The notes: generated from the sequence alone by a model not told the origin. DNA of 64,000 nt from Chthoniobacteraceae bacterium (GCA_031409335.1 JANNWY010000170.1:32001-96000), one strand, 5' to 3'; shown: positions 9,820-20,617, counted from the stretch's first letter. Translations and numbers: made by a program.

Positions 9820-10953
9820 TCAGCGGTAAAATTCCGCGATCTGCGCCGCGACGTAGCGCTGCTGATCCTCGCGCAGTTCCGGAAAAATCGGGAGCGCGAG
9901 CGTTTCCTTCGCCGCACGTTCGGATTCGGGGAAATCGCCTTCGCGGTAGCCGAGATCGCGGAAACATTCCTGCATGTGGAGCGGCAGCGGATAGTAAATT
10001 TCCGTGCCAATCCCCGCCGCGGTGAGGTGTGCGCGGAGGTCGTCGCGGCGCGGGGCGCGGATGACGAACTGGTTGTAGATGTGATGATTCACGAGCCCCG
10101 AATCGGCATAAGCCTCCGGCGGCGTCTCGATGATCTCATCCAGCTCCAGGCGGCGAAATTCCTCCCGATAAATTGCGGCTCGCGCACTCCGCGCGGCGCT
10201 CCACGCATCGAGATGCGGCAGCTTCACACCGAGCACGGCGGATTGAATCGCGTCGATGCGGAAATTTCCGCCGACCCACTTGTGATAGTAGCGCGTCTCC
10301 ATCCCGTGATTTCGCAGCGCGCGGATTTTCGCCCCGAGCTTCGCGTCCCGGCAGGTCACCATGCCCGCATCGCCGAATGCACCGAGATTTTTCGTGGGGT
10401 AAAATGAGAACCAACCCGCCTCGCCGATCGCCCCCGCGGCACCGAGCGGATGCACCGCACCGAGCGCCTGCGCAGCGTCTTCGAGCACGGGAACACCGTG
10501 ACTTTTCCCCAGCGCACAGATCGCCGCCATGTCCGCGCACTGCCCGAAAAGATGCACCGGCAAGATCGCCTTGACCTTCGCGGAACGCGCCAGCGCTTCA
10601 TCCAGCGCCGCCGGTGAAATATTGAAAGTCTTCGGATCGATATCGACAAACACCGGGCGCGCCCCGAGCCGCGCGATGCAACCCGCCGTGGCGAAAAACG
10701 TGAACGGCGTCGTGATGACCGCATCGCCCGGCCCGATGCCGAGCGCCATCATCAGCACGAGCTGCGCATCGGTTCCCGACGAGATTCCGATGGCGTCGCC
10801 CGCGCCGCAATACGCCGCGACCGCTTTTTCAAACGCCTCCGTTTTCGGACCGAGGATCAGCCCCTGCGAATCCGCGACCGCCTCGATCTCGGCAAGGATT
10901 TGCGATTTGAGCGGAGCGTATTGGAGTTTGAGATCGAGGAGCGGGACTTGCAT
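9820..10953 (-). CDS. DegT/DnrJ/EryC1/StrS aminotransferase
   Basis: PVHLFGQ, EDAAQA, SFYPTKNLGAFGDAG. Confidence 0.92.
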   Translation of the reverse strand: MQVPLLDLKLQYAPLKSQILAEIEAVADSQGLILGPKTEAFEKAVAAYCGAGDAIGISSGTDAQLVLMMALGIGPGDAVITTPFTFFATAGCIARLGARPVFVDIDPKTFNISPAALDEALARSAKVKAILPVHLFGQCADMAAICALGKSHGVPVLEDAAQALGAVHPLGAAGAIGEAGWFSFYPTKNLGAFGDAGMVTCRDAKLGAKIRALRNHGMETRYYHKWVGGNFRIDAIQSAVLGVKLPHLDAWSAARSARAAIYREEFRRLELDEIIETPPEAYADSGLVNHHIYNQFVIRAPRRDDLRAHLTAAGIGTEIYYPLPLHMQECFRDLGYREGDFPESERAAKETLALPIFPELREDQQRYVAAQIAEFYR

Positions 10954-11038
10954 CGGCGCAGGATGGAAAGCATCGCGCGCCCGCGCGTCGAGGTCGTTCT
11001 TGCCACGGGATTGCCGAGATGGGATTCAGTTTGGCCAA

Positions 11039-12184
11039 ATGCTCAACTCCCTGCTGCTTTGCATCCTCGCGCTGGTTTTCGCCTCATCCATCGTCCATGC
11101 GGAAACGGAATTTCGCGGCGCGTGGGTGGCGTCGGTTTTTAATTTGGACTGGCCATCAAAGCCGGGGCTGCCAGCAGCGGAGCAGAAGACGGAATTGCGG
11201 GCGCTGCTGGATCGGGCGGCGGGGCTGAAGCTAAACGCAATCCTGCTCCAGGTGCGGCCCGCGAGCGATGCGCTGTATGCGTCGAAGATCGAGCCGTGGT
11301 CGCAATTTCTCAGCGGCGCGCAGGGCGTGTCGCCGGGTTACGATCCGCTGGCTTTCGCGATTTCGGAAGCGCACGCGCGCGGGATCGAGTTGCACGCGTG
11401 GTTCAATCCGTTTCGCGCGGCGACGAATGCGAACGCAACGCTTGCCGCGAATCACGTAGCGCGCGAGCGTCCCGAGTGGACGCGGCGTTACGGCGGCCAG
11501 CTTTGGCTCGATCCGGGCGAGCCGGCGGCGCGCGAATATGTGATCTCGGTGATGGTCGATGTCGCGCGGCGGTACGAGGTGGATGGCATTCACATCGACG
11601 ATTATTTTTACCCGTATCCAAAGGGCGGCGCAGTATTCCCGGACGAGGCGACTTTTGCAAAATACGGCGACGGGAAAGATCGCGGCGACTGGCGTCGGGA
11701 GAATATCAACCGCTTCGTGGAGACGATGTATGCGCGGGTGAAGTCGGCGCGGCCTTCCGCGAAGGTCGGCATCAGCCCGTTTGGCATCTGGCGGCCCGGC
11801 GTGCCCGCGACGATCGAAGCGCAGCTTGATTCCTACGCGCAGCTTTTCGCGGACTCGCGGAAGTGGCTGGCGGAAGGCTGGTGCGATTACCTCGCGCCGC
11901 AGCTTTACTGGTCGATCGCGCCGTCGAAACAAAGTTTTCCCGTGCTGCTGAACTGGTGGCGCGCGCAGAGCCGCGGCAAGGCGATCTGGCCAGGCATCGC
12001 GACGGAACGCATCGGCGCGGCGCGGCCGGCGCAGGAAATGATCGAGCAAATCGCGCTGACGCGAAGCGGCACGAATTCCCCGGGGCACATTCACTGGAGC
12101 ATGAAATCGCTGATGCGAAATCAGGGCGGCATCGCGGATAAACTGCGCGCGGGGCCGTACGCGGAGCGGGCCGGAGCGCGTTAG
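11039..12184 (+). CDS. Family-10-like glycoside hydrolase (YddW/DUF187 type), secreted
   Basis: EFRGAWVASV..LDWPS, LHAWFNPFR, DGIHIDDYFYPYP, DYLAPQLYW, signal peptide. Confidence 0.88.
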   Translation: MLNSLLLCILALVFASSIVHAETEFRGAWVASVFNLDWPSKPGLPAAEQKTELRALLDRAAGLKLNAILLQVRPASDALYASKIEPWSQFLSGAQGVSPGYDPLAFAISEAHARGIELHAWFNPFRAATNANATLAANHVARERPEWTRRYGGQLWLDPGEPAAREYVISVMVDVARRYEVDGIHIDDYFYPYPKGGAVFPDEATFAKYGDGKDRGDWRRENINRFVETMYARVKSARPSAKVGISPFGIWRPGVPATIEAQLDSYAQLFADSRKWLAEGWCDYLAPQLYWSIAPSKQSFPVLLNWWRAQSRGKAIWPGIATERIGAARPAQEMIEQIALTRSGTNSPGHIHWSMKSLMRNQGGIADKLRAGPYAERAGAR

Positions 12185-13839
12185 CCGGAGATTGCGGCGA
12201 ACTTTTCCAAACACCCGAGCAGATACGGCAGCAGTTGTTTTTTGCGCGAGACGATGCCTGTGAGTTCCCAGATGTGGGGCTGCTTTTGCGGGTAGTCGAT
12301 GGTGGCTAGAAATTCGGGGGAGCCTTGCACGAGCAGGAGTGAGGTCTGGTCGTTGATGTCGGTGACGAGCAGGGCGGCGAAGAGCAGGCCGTCGCGGGCG
12401 CGCGCGGTTTCGAGCGTGGCGAGGAGGGCGTCCTGTTTTTCGGGAAAGTGGGCGAACGTCAGCTCTTCGATTTGCGCGACGGAGAAGCGGTGGCCGGCTT
12501 CCGTGTAGGGTTTGCAGTCGGCATTGATCGCCTGCTCGGGGGTGAGCGTGAGCAGCGGCGAGCCGACGGAGAAGATTTGCTCCGCGAGTTTTCCGGGATC
12601 GGTGGCGGCGATTTTCGACAGGCGATGCAGGATGTCGCAGTCGATCGGCGTCGTGGTGGGCGAAGTGAGATTGAGCGTGTCGGAGATGAGTCCGGCCATG
12701 AGCAGGCCCGCGATCGGTGGCGGAATCGGCACGCCGAGCTGCTGGTAACACATGGCGACGATGCTGCTCGTGGAGCCGACGGGGTTGTTCCAAAACAGGA
12801 TCGGCGCATCGCTCGAAAAACCGCCGAGCTTGTGGTGATCGAGGATTTCGACGATCGGCACTTTGTCCGCGCCGCGCACCGCCTGCGCGAGTTCGTTGTG
12901 ATCGACGAGGATGAGCTGGCGCGGGATTTCTTTTAGGAAATCCGATTTTGACAGGATGCCGACGAGCGCGCCGTCGTCGTCGAGCACGGGGAAGATGAAC
13001 GCGGAAGACTCGGCGGCGGTGCGGCGCGCGTGGTCGAGCAGGGTGTCGCGATGAAAACTGATGTAGTCGGATTCGAGCATGCGGCTGACACGGACGGCAC
13101 CGCGGGCGAGGAGCACGCTGGTGGCGGTGTCGTGTGGCGAGCTGATGACGGTGACGCCGGCGGCGCGGGCGCGGGCGCGCGTGGTTTCATCGATGGGCAG
13201 ATTTCCGGTGACGACGATGGCCTGGACCCGCGCAGCGATGGCGAACTCTTGAATGTGCGGGCGGTCGCCGACGAAGAGGACGACCCGGCGATTCGCGTGG
13301 TGGGCGAGGCGCGGAGTGAAGGACTCGGCATTCATCGCGCCAACCATGAGCAGCATCTCGGCGGGCTCGCCGGAAAGCTGGCCGGTGACGAGCGCGCCGC
13401 CAAACGTGGTGACGATGTCCGCGAGTGACGCGGTGATCAGGCGCGCGGAGGCTGCTTCATCGCGCGGCGGGAAAAGGTAGTGCGTGATTTTGAAAGTACT
13501 GAGCAGGCCGAGGCAGTGGTTGTTTTCATCGACCACGGGCAGGCCGCGCAGCCGCATTTTGTCGATGAGTTGCACGGCGTCGTAGATCGGCGAATCGGCG
13601 TGGACGGAAATGACGTGCGGCTCCATCACATCCTCGACGCGCGGCGAGAGGTCGTTGATGAGCAGCGGCGCGGGGATGCCGAATTTTTCGAGGACGAAGT
13701 CGATGCGTTCGTTGGTGTGGCCGGCCCGCGCGGCGACGACGTTGTCGTGTCCGGACAGGCGCTTGAGTTCCGCGTAGGCGATGGCGGAGCAGATGGAATC
13801 CATGTCAGGATTCCGATGGCCGATGACGATGGTTTGCAT
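12181..13839 (-). CDS. ppaC: Mn-dependent family II inorganic pyrophosphatase with CBS-DRTGG-CBS insert
   Basis: GHRNPDMDS, VGDR (DRTGG), LVDHNE, DHH, ISDTL, SRKKQ. Confidence 0.9.
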   Translation of the reverse strand: MQTIVIGHRNPDMDSICSAIAYAELKRLSGHDNVVAARAGHTNERIDFVLEKFGIPAPLLINDLSPRVEDVMEPHVISVHADSPIYDAVQLIDKMRLRGLPVVDENNHCLGLLSTFKITHYLFPPRDEAASARLITASLADIVTTFGGALVTGQLSGEPAEMLLMVGAMNAESFTPRLAHHANRRVVLFVGDRPHIQEFAIAARVQAIVVTGNLPIDETTRARARAAGVTVISSPHDTATSVLLARGAVRVSRMLESDYISFHRDTLLDHARRTAAESSAFIFPVLDDDGALVGILSKSDFLKEIPRQLILVDHNELAQAVRGADKVPIVEILDHHKLGGFSSDAPILFWNNPVGSTSSIVAMCYQQLGVPIPPPIAGLLMAGLISDTLNLTSPTTTPIDCDILHRLSKIAATDPGKLAEQIFSVGSPLLTLTPEQAINADCKPYTEAGHRFSVAQIEELTFAHFPEKQDALLATLETARARDGLLFAALLVTDINDQTSLLLVQGSPEFLATIDYPQKQPHIWELTGIVSRKKQLLPYLLGCLEKFAAISG

Positions 13840-13907
13840 GGCGGATGCTTGGCGTCAGCGATCGCGGCGCGGGGAAAAGCGCGTGCGTTTTCCTTTTCCT
13901 CGCGGTG

Positions 13908-14498
13908 TCAGAAAGTGCGGATGCTCGCGATGGCGTTCGGCGCGCGGAGAAGTGCGCTCATTTTTTCGCGATCTAGCGCGCTTGCGGGATTGAAAGCCGT
14001 GCCATGCGTCGCGCGGAACTGCGCTTCGCGCTTGGACGATGCGTTGTTTTTCGCATGGTGGCGATGCCGTTCGGGAGGCGCGATCTGCTTGCCATCTTCC
14101 GGCCCGACGATCTCCACATCGCGCCCAACGTAGAAACGAATCTGCTGCTGCGTGCCAGCATTTGGCAGCCACGTCGGGCGACCGCTGCGTTCATCCTTGA
14201 TCCACCACGGATACGTCGGATTCGAGTCATCGCGGTAGATCACTGCGGTGCGCTCGGAGATGGCGTCGTCACGCAGTCGGCTGCGGTAGCGATACTGATA
14301 AGTCACCACCTTGTGCTCGATGCGCGCGGCTTTCAGTTCGTGGTGCAAACCTTCCGCATAAATCCTCGACGTGTCTCCCTCGCGTGGAACATCGATCCGG
14401 GAGCGGACGACTTTATCCCAAGTGGGCGACTTTTGAAAAAGCGCGCAGCCGGTGAATGCGAAGCAGGCGAGGATCGGAAGGAACAGTGATTTCGACAT
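13908..14498 (-). CDS. Hypothetical lipoprotein
   Basis: Signal peptide with lipobox FAFTG-C. Confidence 0.6.
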   Translation of the reverse strand: MSKSLFLPILACFAFTGCALFQKSPTWDKVVRSRIDVPREGDTSRIYAEGLHHELKAARIEHKVVTYQYRYRSRLRDDAISERTAVIYRDDSNPTYPWWIKDERSGRPTWLPNAGTQQQIRFYVGRDVEIVGPEDGKQIAPPERHRHHAKNNASSKREAQFRATHGTAFNPASALDREKMSALLRAPNAIASIRTF

Positions 14499-14615
14499 GG
14501 TGCTGGAAGTCCGGGCGGAGCGAACGAGTGCGATAGCGGTGGCGCAGAGTTTTCTCAAGCCGTTTCTCCCCACGCGCGGGTTCGCTGTGGCGGGCGTTTC
14601 TGTCCCGGACTCGCG

Positions 14616-15257
14616 TTACACTGTCACCCCGTCGAGGTCCGCCTTCGCGGTCGCAAGCGCCTGCCGCAGCGCATCGCGATCGCGCAGGATTGCGTCGAAA
14701 TCCCGGAGGAAATTTGCCGCGTCCCGCTTCAGCGCCCCATTTTCACGCAGCAGCGTGTCGCGTTCGCCGACCGCCCGCCGATAAATCTGAACGGGCACGC
14801 TGGAATCTTCCATGTCGGCGGCCTGCAAGGTCGCGGCGCCGAGAATCTCCAACTGCCGTTGCAGCGCGGCCACCTTGTCTTGAAGATCGCGGTTGTCGCG
14901 CTTGAGAAATTCCACCTCGGATTTGCTGGGTGCCGGGGGATTGCGGAATTCGCCGAGATCGGCTGGCACCTCGGGCGAGAAGTCCGCCGCGACATTCCCA
15001 AATCGAATCCGGCAGGGAACGTGAAGGTGGAAATCCTTCACGGGCTGCCCATCGACGCATGAAAGATTCGTCGAATCGAGATCGTGCAGTCGGTAGGTGC
15101 CTTGAACGAGGATAAGTTCGGCGTGATGCGCCGATACGCTGCGGTCGAGAATCTGAATCGTGTTGTCCGCGGCGCGTCCGATCGTGATGCGATTGCCCTC
15201 GAGGATCTGCCCGATCGGTTCTGGCTGATTCGGAAGTGTAAGGCGGAGAAATGGCAT
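14616..15257 (-). CDS. FHA-domain protein with C-terminal coiled coil
   Basis: ITIGRAADN, SVSAHHA, DLDSTN FHA motifs. Confidence 0.85.
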   Translation of the reverse strand: MPFLRLTLPNQPEPIGQILEGNRITIGRAADNTIQILDRSVSAHHAELILVQGTYRLHDLDSTNLSCVDGQPVKDFHLHVPCRIRFGNVAADFSPEVPADLGEFRNPPAPSKSEVEFLKRDNRDLQDKVAALQRQLEILGAATLQAADMEDSSVPVQIYRRAVGERDTLLRENGALKRDAANFLRDFDAILRDRDALRQALATAKADLDGVTV

Positions 15258-15413
15258 TAGTCGGGCGGTCGTGCGCGGCACCATCGCTCCAGCAGCGCTC
15301 ATGCCGGGGGGCGCGGGCGCTTGTGAAACGGGCGCATCGGGGTGTGATTGAAAATGGCCCCAGCAGAGTCTCTGACCTCCACCTTTTTGCCTAAAAGCGG
15401 CGGTGGAGATTGC

Positions 15414-15565
15414 CGCGGAGGACACGGAGGACGCGGAAAACACGGAGAAGGAAGAGGTTGCGTCCCGTGTTGCCGGGAGGGCGTCGTTCACCGATTGGGT
15501 GAGCGGCGCGAGCTTCGTAAATCTCCGCGTCCTCCGTGTCTTCCCCGTTGTCCGCGTTGTCCGCG
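15414..15565. repeat. Inverted pair of 9-bp tandem arrays (C[AG]CGGAGGA-type)
   Basis: Left arm CGCGGAGGA CACGGAGGA CGCGGAAAA CACGGAGAA (15414-15449). Right arm is five reverse-complement units (15521-15565). Confidence 0.7.
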
Positions 15566-15616
15566 ATTTCCATCGCCGAATCTAGCTTCAGGCGCACGCC
15601 ACCGAGAGCGGCTCGA

Positions 15617-15648
15617 CAACCTATTGTTGCAAATGCAACAAAAGGTTG
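15617..15648. promoter_or_regulatory. AT-rich 15-bp inverted repeat, operator-like
   Basis: CAACCTATTGTTGCA-AA-TGCAACAAAAGGTTG, one mismatch between arms. Confidence 0.5.
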
Positions 15649-16034
15649 CAGCGCGGGAAGCGTCCGCGAGTAACGCACGGGTTTTCTGCCCACGGTGCCT
15701 CGGGCTCGATCCGGGCTTCGCAGCGGATCGGAGTGTCTGCGTTACGGAGCTGCACTGGCGGGCGCGATCGGCCCCGAATAGTCCACCGGCCGCGCCGGTA
15801 GCTGGAAGCAGCCCTTTTCATCCACGCCACCCTCGGAAATTCGGATCGTGACCGCTTTCCGGCGCGCACGCGAGAGAGCAGCGCTGCCGCACGAATGCGC
15901 GCGGTCAACGAACGTGAACTGATCGACGTCGCCAGCGTGGCTCGCAGAGCTGCGCCACTTGATGCGGGAAAGTGCCTGAGATTTTCAGGCCATACGCGGC
16001 CTCGCGCAGCACGAGCGCTGCGGGAGAGAAGGGA

Positions 16035-16787
16035 TTAAACGGTCGCTTTTCCGCGCCGCCGGGTAGCAGAGCAGAATCCCATCAGCGCAAGCCCGAAGAG
16101 CGCCGTGGTCGGTTCTGGGACTGGTGGGGCCTGAACGACTGGGCCTGCGGTGATCGAAGCGATTTTGAAGCGATCTTCATCCGTCGAGGAACCTGCCCCG
16201 GTATTTGGCGGCTCGCCCACGTAGGTTCCGAAGAGAATGGTGTTGCCGGTCTTTCCGATTGCAACGGCCAACGAAGTCTCACTCGGGGTGCTCAACGCGT
16301 CGAAACGGCCTTGCGTAAATCCCAGAGCCGACAACTGCGCATACGACTTCCCGGTGAGATCAGTGCCGGGCGTCACATTCCCCACCCAGTAGCTCACATC
16401 CCGATCATAGATACCGAACGGGTCGATGTTTATGGACGAGATATCGACGGGATTGCTCCCAAAGTTGAACATTACAAAATTGTCCGGCCCGATGTTGTCC
16501 ACTTGGTGCGAGGGATCGCCAGCAGCCAATCCCTCCCCACGATCACTCACGCCAAGACCTGTGCTGTACTGGCCCAAGCCGGCGTTTTCAAAAAGGGTGC
16601 CGGCGGAACCGGTGTACCCCCAAGCGGACGCGGTGACCGTCAGCCCATTCTGACTGAAGGTGAGGGTGTTTCCAAAACTGGCGGGGTTCCCGGCGGACCC
16701 GGCCAGGTTTAGCGTGGTGAAAGCGGCATTTGCAGATGCGATTCCCGCGAAAATCACGACTGCGGAGGAGAGGAAATGGAGTTTCAT
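16035..16787 (-). CDS. PEP-CTERM sorting-domain protein
   Basis: Signal peptide (ASANA), C-terminal VPEPTTALFGLALMGF...RRR. Confidence 0.88.
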   Translation of the reverse strand: MKLHFLSSAVVIFAGIASANAAFTTLNLAGSAGNPASFGNTLTFSQNGLTVTASAWGYTGSAGTLFENAGLGQYSTGLGVSDRGEGLAAGDPSHQVDNIGPDNFVMFNFGSNPVDISSINIDPFGIYDRDVSYWVGNVTPGTDLTGKSYAQLSALGFTQGRFDALSTPSETSLAVAIGKTGNTILFGTYVGEPPNTGAGSSTDEDRFKIASITAGPVVQAPPVPEPTTALFGLALMGFCSATRRRGKATV

Positions 16788-17087
16788 ATCAGAATGAGTG
16801 GAAAAATTGGAGCACTACTGGAACAATGTCTAATCAATTTAGAAATGGAACGCGATGGGAAATGCACCGTTTCTTTAGTCCGACTCTGTCCTACACGTTT
16901 CGGCGAACGATCCGGACCCGTCGAAAAACGGCAACGGTCGGCTGTGGCGTGATCCGATCGCCTTTTAGAATGAAACACTCCGTGCAATCGGCCCGCGCCC
17001 TTGCACGACGGCGTGATGGCGATAATATCCGCGTTTTCGATCGCGCCGCCGAGACGCGGCATCGAACGTGATGTCCGAAATGCAAAT

Positions 17088-18806
17088 ATGCAACTGACTG
17101 GTATAACCCCTGACGACCTGGCGATTGCCGCGCGACGGAGAAGGCGGATCTTCTGGATTGTCGTTTCGACGCTGCTTGTCGGGGCAGTTTGCGGTTCACT
17201 CGTTTATCATCCGTGGCGTTTGAGAAGCCTCCACCAGGCATCGCGGGCGGCGATGGAAAAAGGCGATTACAAAGGCGCGGCGTTCATGGCGCGGTGCGCG
17301 CTCGCGATCGATCCGAATTTTGTGCCAGCGTGCGTCACCATGGCGGAAGCCAGCGAGCATGATCGGGCTTCGTCCGCGGTCTTCTGGCGGGAGCAAGTGC
17401 TGCGTTTGGTGGGGGAATCCACTGATACGTTGATCGGTTTGGCATCGACTGCGTTGAGTTTCGGAAAGATTTCCACCGCACGGTCCGCGCTCCAGCGCAT
17501 CCCCGAGAAAGATCGCAGCCGCGAGGATTTTCTCGTCCTTTCCGGGGCGATGGCTCTGGAGGAAAGGGACTATGTCGGATCGACCCGCCACTATGAAGCC
17601 GCGCTCCGGCTCAACCCCGAAAAGGCAGAATACCGACTCGCTCTCGGGAGGGCAAAATGTGCGTCCGCAGATTTTCTCACGCGCGAAGAAGGGCGTCGGC
17701 TTTTGGAGAATCTCACGGGTCATGAAACGCATGGCTTGACGGCGCTCAGACTGCTCGCAGCGTCGTTTGAGGCGCATCAGGAATTTCAAGCGGCGCTGCG
17801 ATGTGCCGAGCTACTGATGGCGCTCCCGACGCACACCTACTCCGACGAGGTGCTCCGGCTCCGACTGCTGCACAAGACCGGGGCAACCCGTTTTGCGGCC
17901 GAGCTCGCCGAAGCTCAACAGTTGGCCAGGAGCATTCCGAATCACGCCGGCGCGCTCGTCCTCTGGATGAGCATGGATGGGCTGGCACAGGAAGGTCTCG
18001 ACTGGGTGCTGAAACGCGTGCCGAAACTGGGACAGTCTCCAGAGCTGCGACCCGCGATCGCCGGATGCCACCTCGCACTGAATGATTGGGCTGCGCTCCT
18101 CAATATCACGCAAATGGGCGAATGGCCGTCCGCGGACTACGTCCGCCATGCCTACCGGGCGCGCGCGCACCACGGGCGGTCGGAAATTTCGCTGGTCGGC
18201 AAGGAATGGGGGTTTGCGATCGATTCCGCCGGCCACCAGATCGACACGCTCACCTTGCTGGTCCAGATGGCCACCGAATGGAAGTGGGTGGACGAGGCCG
18301 AGCAGGCGCTCTGGGCGGTGCTATACGACGCGCCGGGATCGCGCTGGGCCATCGACGCCCTCCAGAAGTCTTACCTGGAAAAAAACAACACCTTGGGACT
18401 CCGCCGCATCGCCCTGCATTTGGTGAAAACGGATCCCGCCGACGAAAACGCGAAGAACGATCTCGCCTTGGTTTCGCTGCTTTTGAACATCGAAACAGAG
18501 CACGCCATGAAGACCGCGCGAGACCTGCACGAAAAGCGTCCCGACAACGCGGCGTTCAACTCCACGTATGCCTTCGCCCTGTACTTGACTGGCCGCACGG
18601 TGGATGCCTTGGAAGTGCTTGAAATGCTGCCGCCGCAGAATCTGGAAGTTCCCTCCATCGCCGCCTACTACGGAATCGTGCTCGCGGCGAACAACTCTCC
18701 CGAAAAAGCATCCCGCTTTCTGGAACTCGGCCGCCAAGCCAGCTTGTTGCGGGAGGAAAAAGACCTCGTCGCCAAAGCGGAAAGCTCGATCCTGGATCCA
18801 AAGTGA
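17088..18806 (+). CDS. Membrane-anchored TPR-repeat protein
   Basis: N-terminal TM, TPR-like ALAIDPNF, ALRLNPEK and NDLALVSLL repeats. Confidence 0.8.
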   Translation: MQLTGITPDDLAIAARRRRRIFWIVVSTLLVGAVCGSLVYHPWRLRSLHQASRAAMEKGDYKGAAFMARCALAIDPNFVPACVTMAEASEHDRASSAVFWREQVLRLVGESTDTLIGLASTALSFGKISTARSALQRIPEKDRSREDFLVLSGAMALEERDYVGSTRHYEAALRLNPEKAEYRLALGRAKCASADFLTREEGRRLLENLTGHETHGLTALRLLAASFEAHQEFQAALRCAELLMALPTHTYSDEVLRLRLLHKTGATRFAAELAEAQQLARSIPNHAGALVLWMSMDGLAQEGLDWVLKRVPKLGQSPELRPAIAGCHLALNDWAALLNITQMGEWPSADYVRHAYRARAHHGRSEISLVGKEWGFAIDSAGHQIDTLTLLVQMATEWKWVDEAEQALWAVLYDAPGSRWAIDALQKSYLEKNNTLGLRRIALHLVKTDPADENAKNDLALVSLLLNIETEHAMKTARDLHEKRPDNAAFNSTYAFALYLTGRTVDALEVLEMLPPQNLEVPSIAAYYGIVLAANNSPEKASRFLELGRQASLLREEKDLVAKAESSILDPK

Positions 18807-19025
18807 GTGAGGTTTTGCCACTGGCCAATCGCGGAAACGCAGGGCGCCGTTTAAGCGCGAGCGATTCCACGGATCGCTCGACTGCGGCAGCATAGTGCCT
18901 GCCTCGTCAGCAAGCGCGCGACTGGCTCCGGGGCGATGTCGCGGTTGCCGATGAGTGAGCACGTTTCTGGCTACAGAAAGACCTTCGCGATTCCTGATTC
19001 GAACCTGTTCCCGCTTCATTCCCAT

Positions 19026-20264
19026 ATGCTTGATTTTTCAACCACCGCCCCCGCAAACCCGAGCGTCACCCTGGACTCAGTTTTTCCCACCGTGGATGCG
19101 GTCGCGCGCCGACCGCTCCTCCTTTTCGGGGACGATCTCGGCTGGCTCGCTGGCCGGAGTGAACTGGCCGGACGCAAGATCGTTTTCGCCCCTCCCGACG
19201 CCGATGTCCGGGCCGCGCTGGCAACCGAACCGGTCGATGGTGTGGTGGCGAGTTTTTCAGACGTCGGCAAAAGCGTGGCACTCCTGCGCGCCGTGCGGGC
19301 GCGGGACCCCGGATTGATGGCGATGCTGCGCGGCGATGGCAAGGAACTGGCCGGCATTTCGTGCCCCTATCCGCTGCTGCCGCGGGTCGATTCGGTGGAG
19401 GTTTTGGACGACCAAATCCGCACCCAACTCGCGGTCGCCGCGTGGCAGGCCAAACCGGCCCTCGCGAATCTGCTCAAGCTGATCACCCACGTTCCCACGC
19501 TGCCGACGATTTACACGCAGCTCACGGCCGCACTGCAAAGTCCCGCCAGCTCCATCGAGGACATCGCGGGAATCGTCGCAAGGGAACCCGCCGTGAGCGC
19601 GAAACTTTTGCAGATGGTCAATTCACCCCTCTTCTCGCTGCGCGGAAGTGTGACCTCGGTCCGCGACGCCACCAACCTCCTCGGCCTGAGCCGGGTGCGA
19701 TCGCTGGTGATGGCGACGTGCCTTTTCCGGCAGTTCGATGTTTCAAAATGCCGCAGTTTTTCGATGAGCCGGTTCGAGGCCACGAGCCTCCAAGTCGCGA
19801 CGTGGGCTTCCACGATCGCGATGAGCGAAACCCGCGACAAACATCTGGCCGAGATGGCCTTCACCGCCGGCATGCTGCACAACTTTGGCGTGCTCCTGCT
19901 CGCGGCGAATATCCCGGGTGTTTACGAGGAGGTGCTGAGCACGGCGCTCAAGCGGCACGGCAGCCTGGCCTACAGCGAATTTCAGACGTTTGGCACGACC
20001 CACGCCGCGCTCGGGGGCGGCTTCCTCGCCTCGTGGCGCATCCCTTTCCCGATTGTGAATGCGGTCGGCTGGTATCCCTTTCCGTCGTCCTCGGAAGACA
20101 CCGCCTTCTCCCCGCTCACAGCGGTCCATGCGGCGAGCGCGGTGGATTCCTTCGCGCAGACCGGCATGTACGCATACGACCACGATTACATCGAAAAACT
20201 GGGCCTCACCGAGAAGATGGAGGAGTGGTGCGCAACCCTGCCGGGGGAGACATTGGCGGCGTAG
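19026..20264 (+). CDS. HDOD-domain signalling protein with degenerate receiver-like N-terminus
   Basis: VPTLP, EPAVSAKLLQMVNSPLF, AFTAGMLHNFG, HAALGG..LASW. Confidence 0.85.
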   Translation: MLDFSTTAPANPSVTLDSVFPTVDAVARRPLLLFGDDLGWLAGRSELAGRKIVFAPPDADVRAALATEPVDGVVASFSDVGKSVALLRAVRARDPGLMAMLRGDGKELAGISCPYPLLPRVDSVEVLDDQIRTQLAVAAWQAKPALANLLKLITHVPTLPTIYTQLTAALQSPASSIEDIAGIVAREPAVSAKLLQMVNSPLFSLRGSVTSVRDATNLLGLSRVRSLVMATCLFRQFDVSKCRSFSMSRFEATSLQVATWASTIAMSETRDKHLAEMAFTAGMLHNFGVLLLAANIPGVYEEVLSTALKRHGSLAYSEFQTFGTTHAALGGGFLASWRIPFPIVNAVGWYPFPSSSEDTAFSPLTAVHAASAVDSFAQTGMYAYDHDYIEKLGLTEKMEEWCATLPGETLAA

Positions 20265-20289
20265 GTCGTTCTGGAACGCCGACGAGCGT

Positions 20290-20495
20290 TTCCCCATTCG
20301 ACTGCCCGCGTCAGGCCGGAGGCATCAAGCGCGATCACGCCGTGCCCCATTTCGCGGAGCGCAGTTTGCAAATCGTCGATTTCTTCGCGCTGCCCGGCGA
20401 GTTCCTCGGCAGATACGCGTCCGTAAAACTCCCGGGAAAGATCCAACCGGTGAAACTCGTTCGCGGGAAGAAAATCGGAGATCTTCGCGGCGCCC
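20290..20495 (-). pseudogene. Probable fragment of a LuxR-type regulator sensor region
   Basis: AAKISDFLPANEFHRLDLSREFY...LQTALREMGHGVIALDASG resembles, from memory, sensor regions of LuxR-HTH regulators. No start or HTH domain. Confidence 0.35.
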
Positions 20496-20617
20496 TCCCG
20501 TCTCCTTCCACGCCGCGCCAGCGCAAGCCGTAGCACACCCAGAAAACCGCCCTTGCTCATGCCATCCAAGCATCCATCAAAGCCCCAGCCTCCGGTGTCA
20601 TTTTCCCGGGAGGCAAC

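Noticed and set aside
15414..15565. Possible CRISPR array
   Set aside because: Units are 9 bp with no unique spacers, and there are no cas genes.
16988..17006. Sigma-54 promoter before the TPR gene
   Set aside because: GG-to-GC spacing is 11 nt rather than the required 10.
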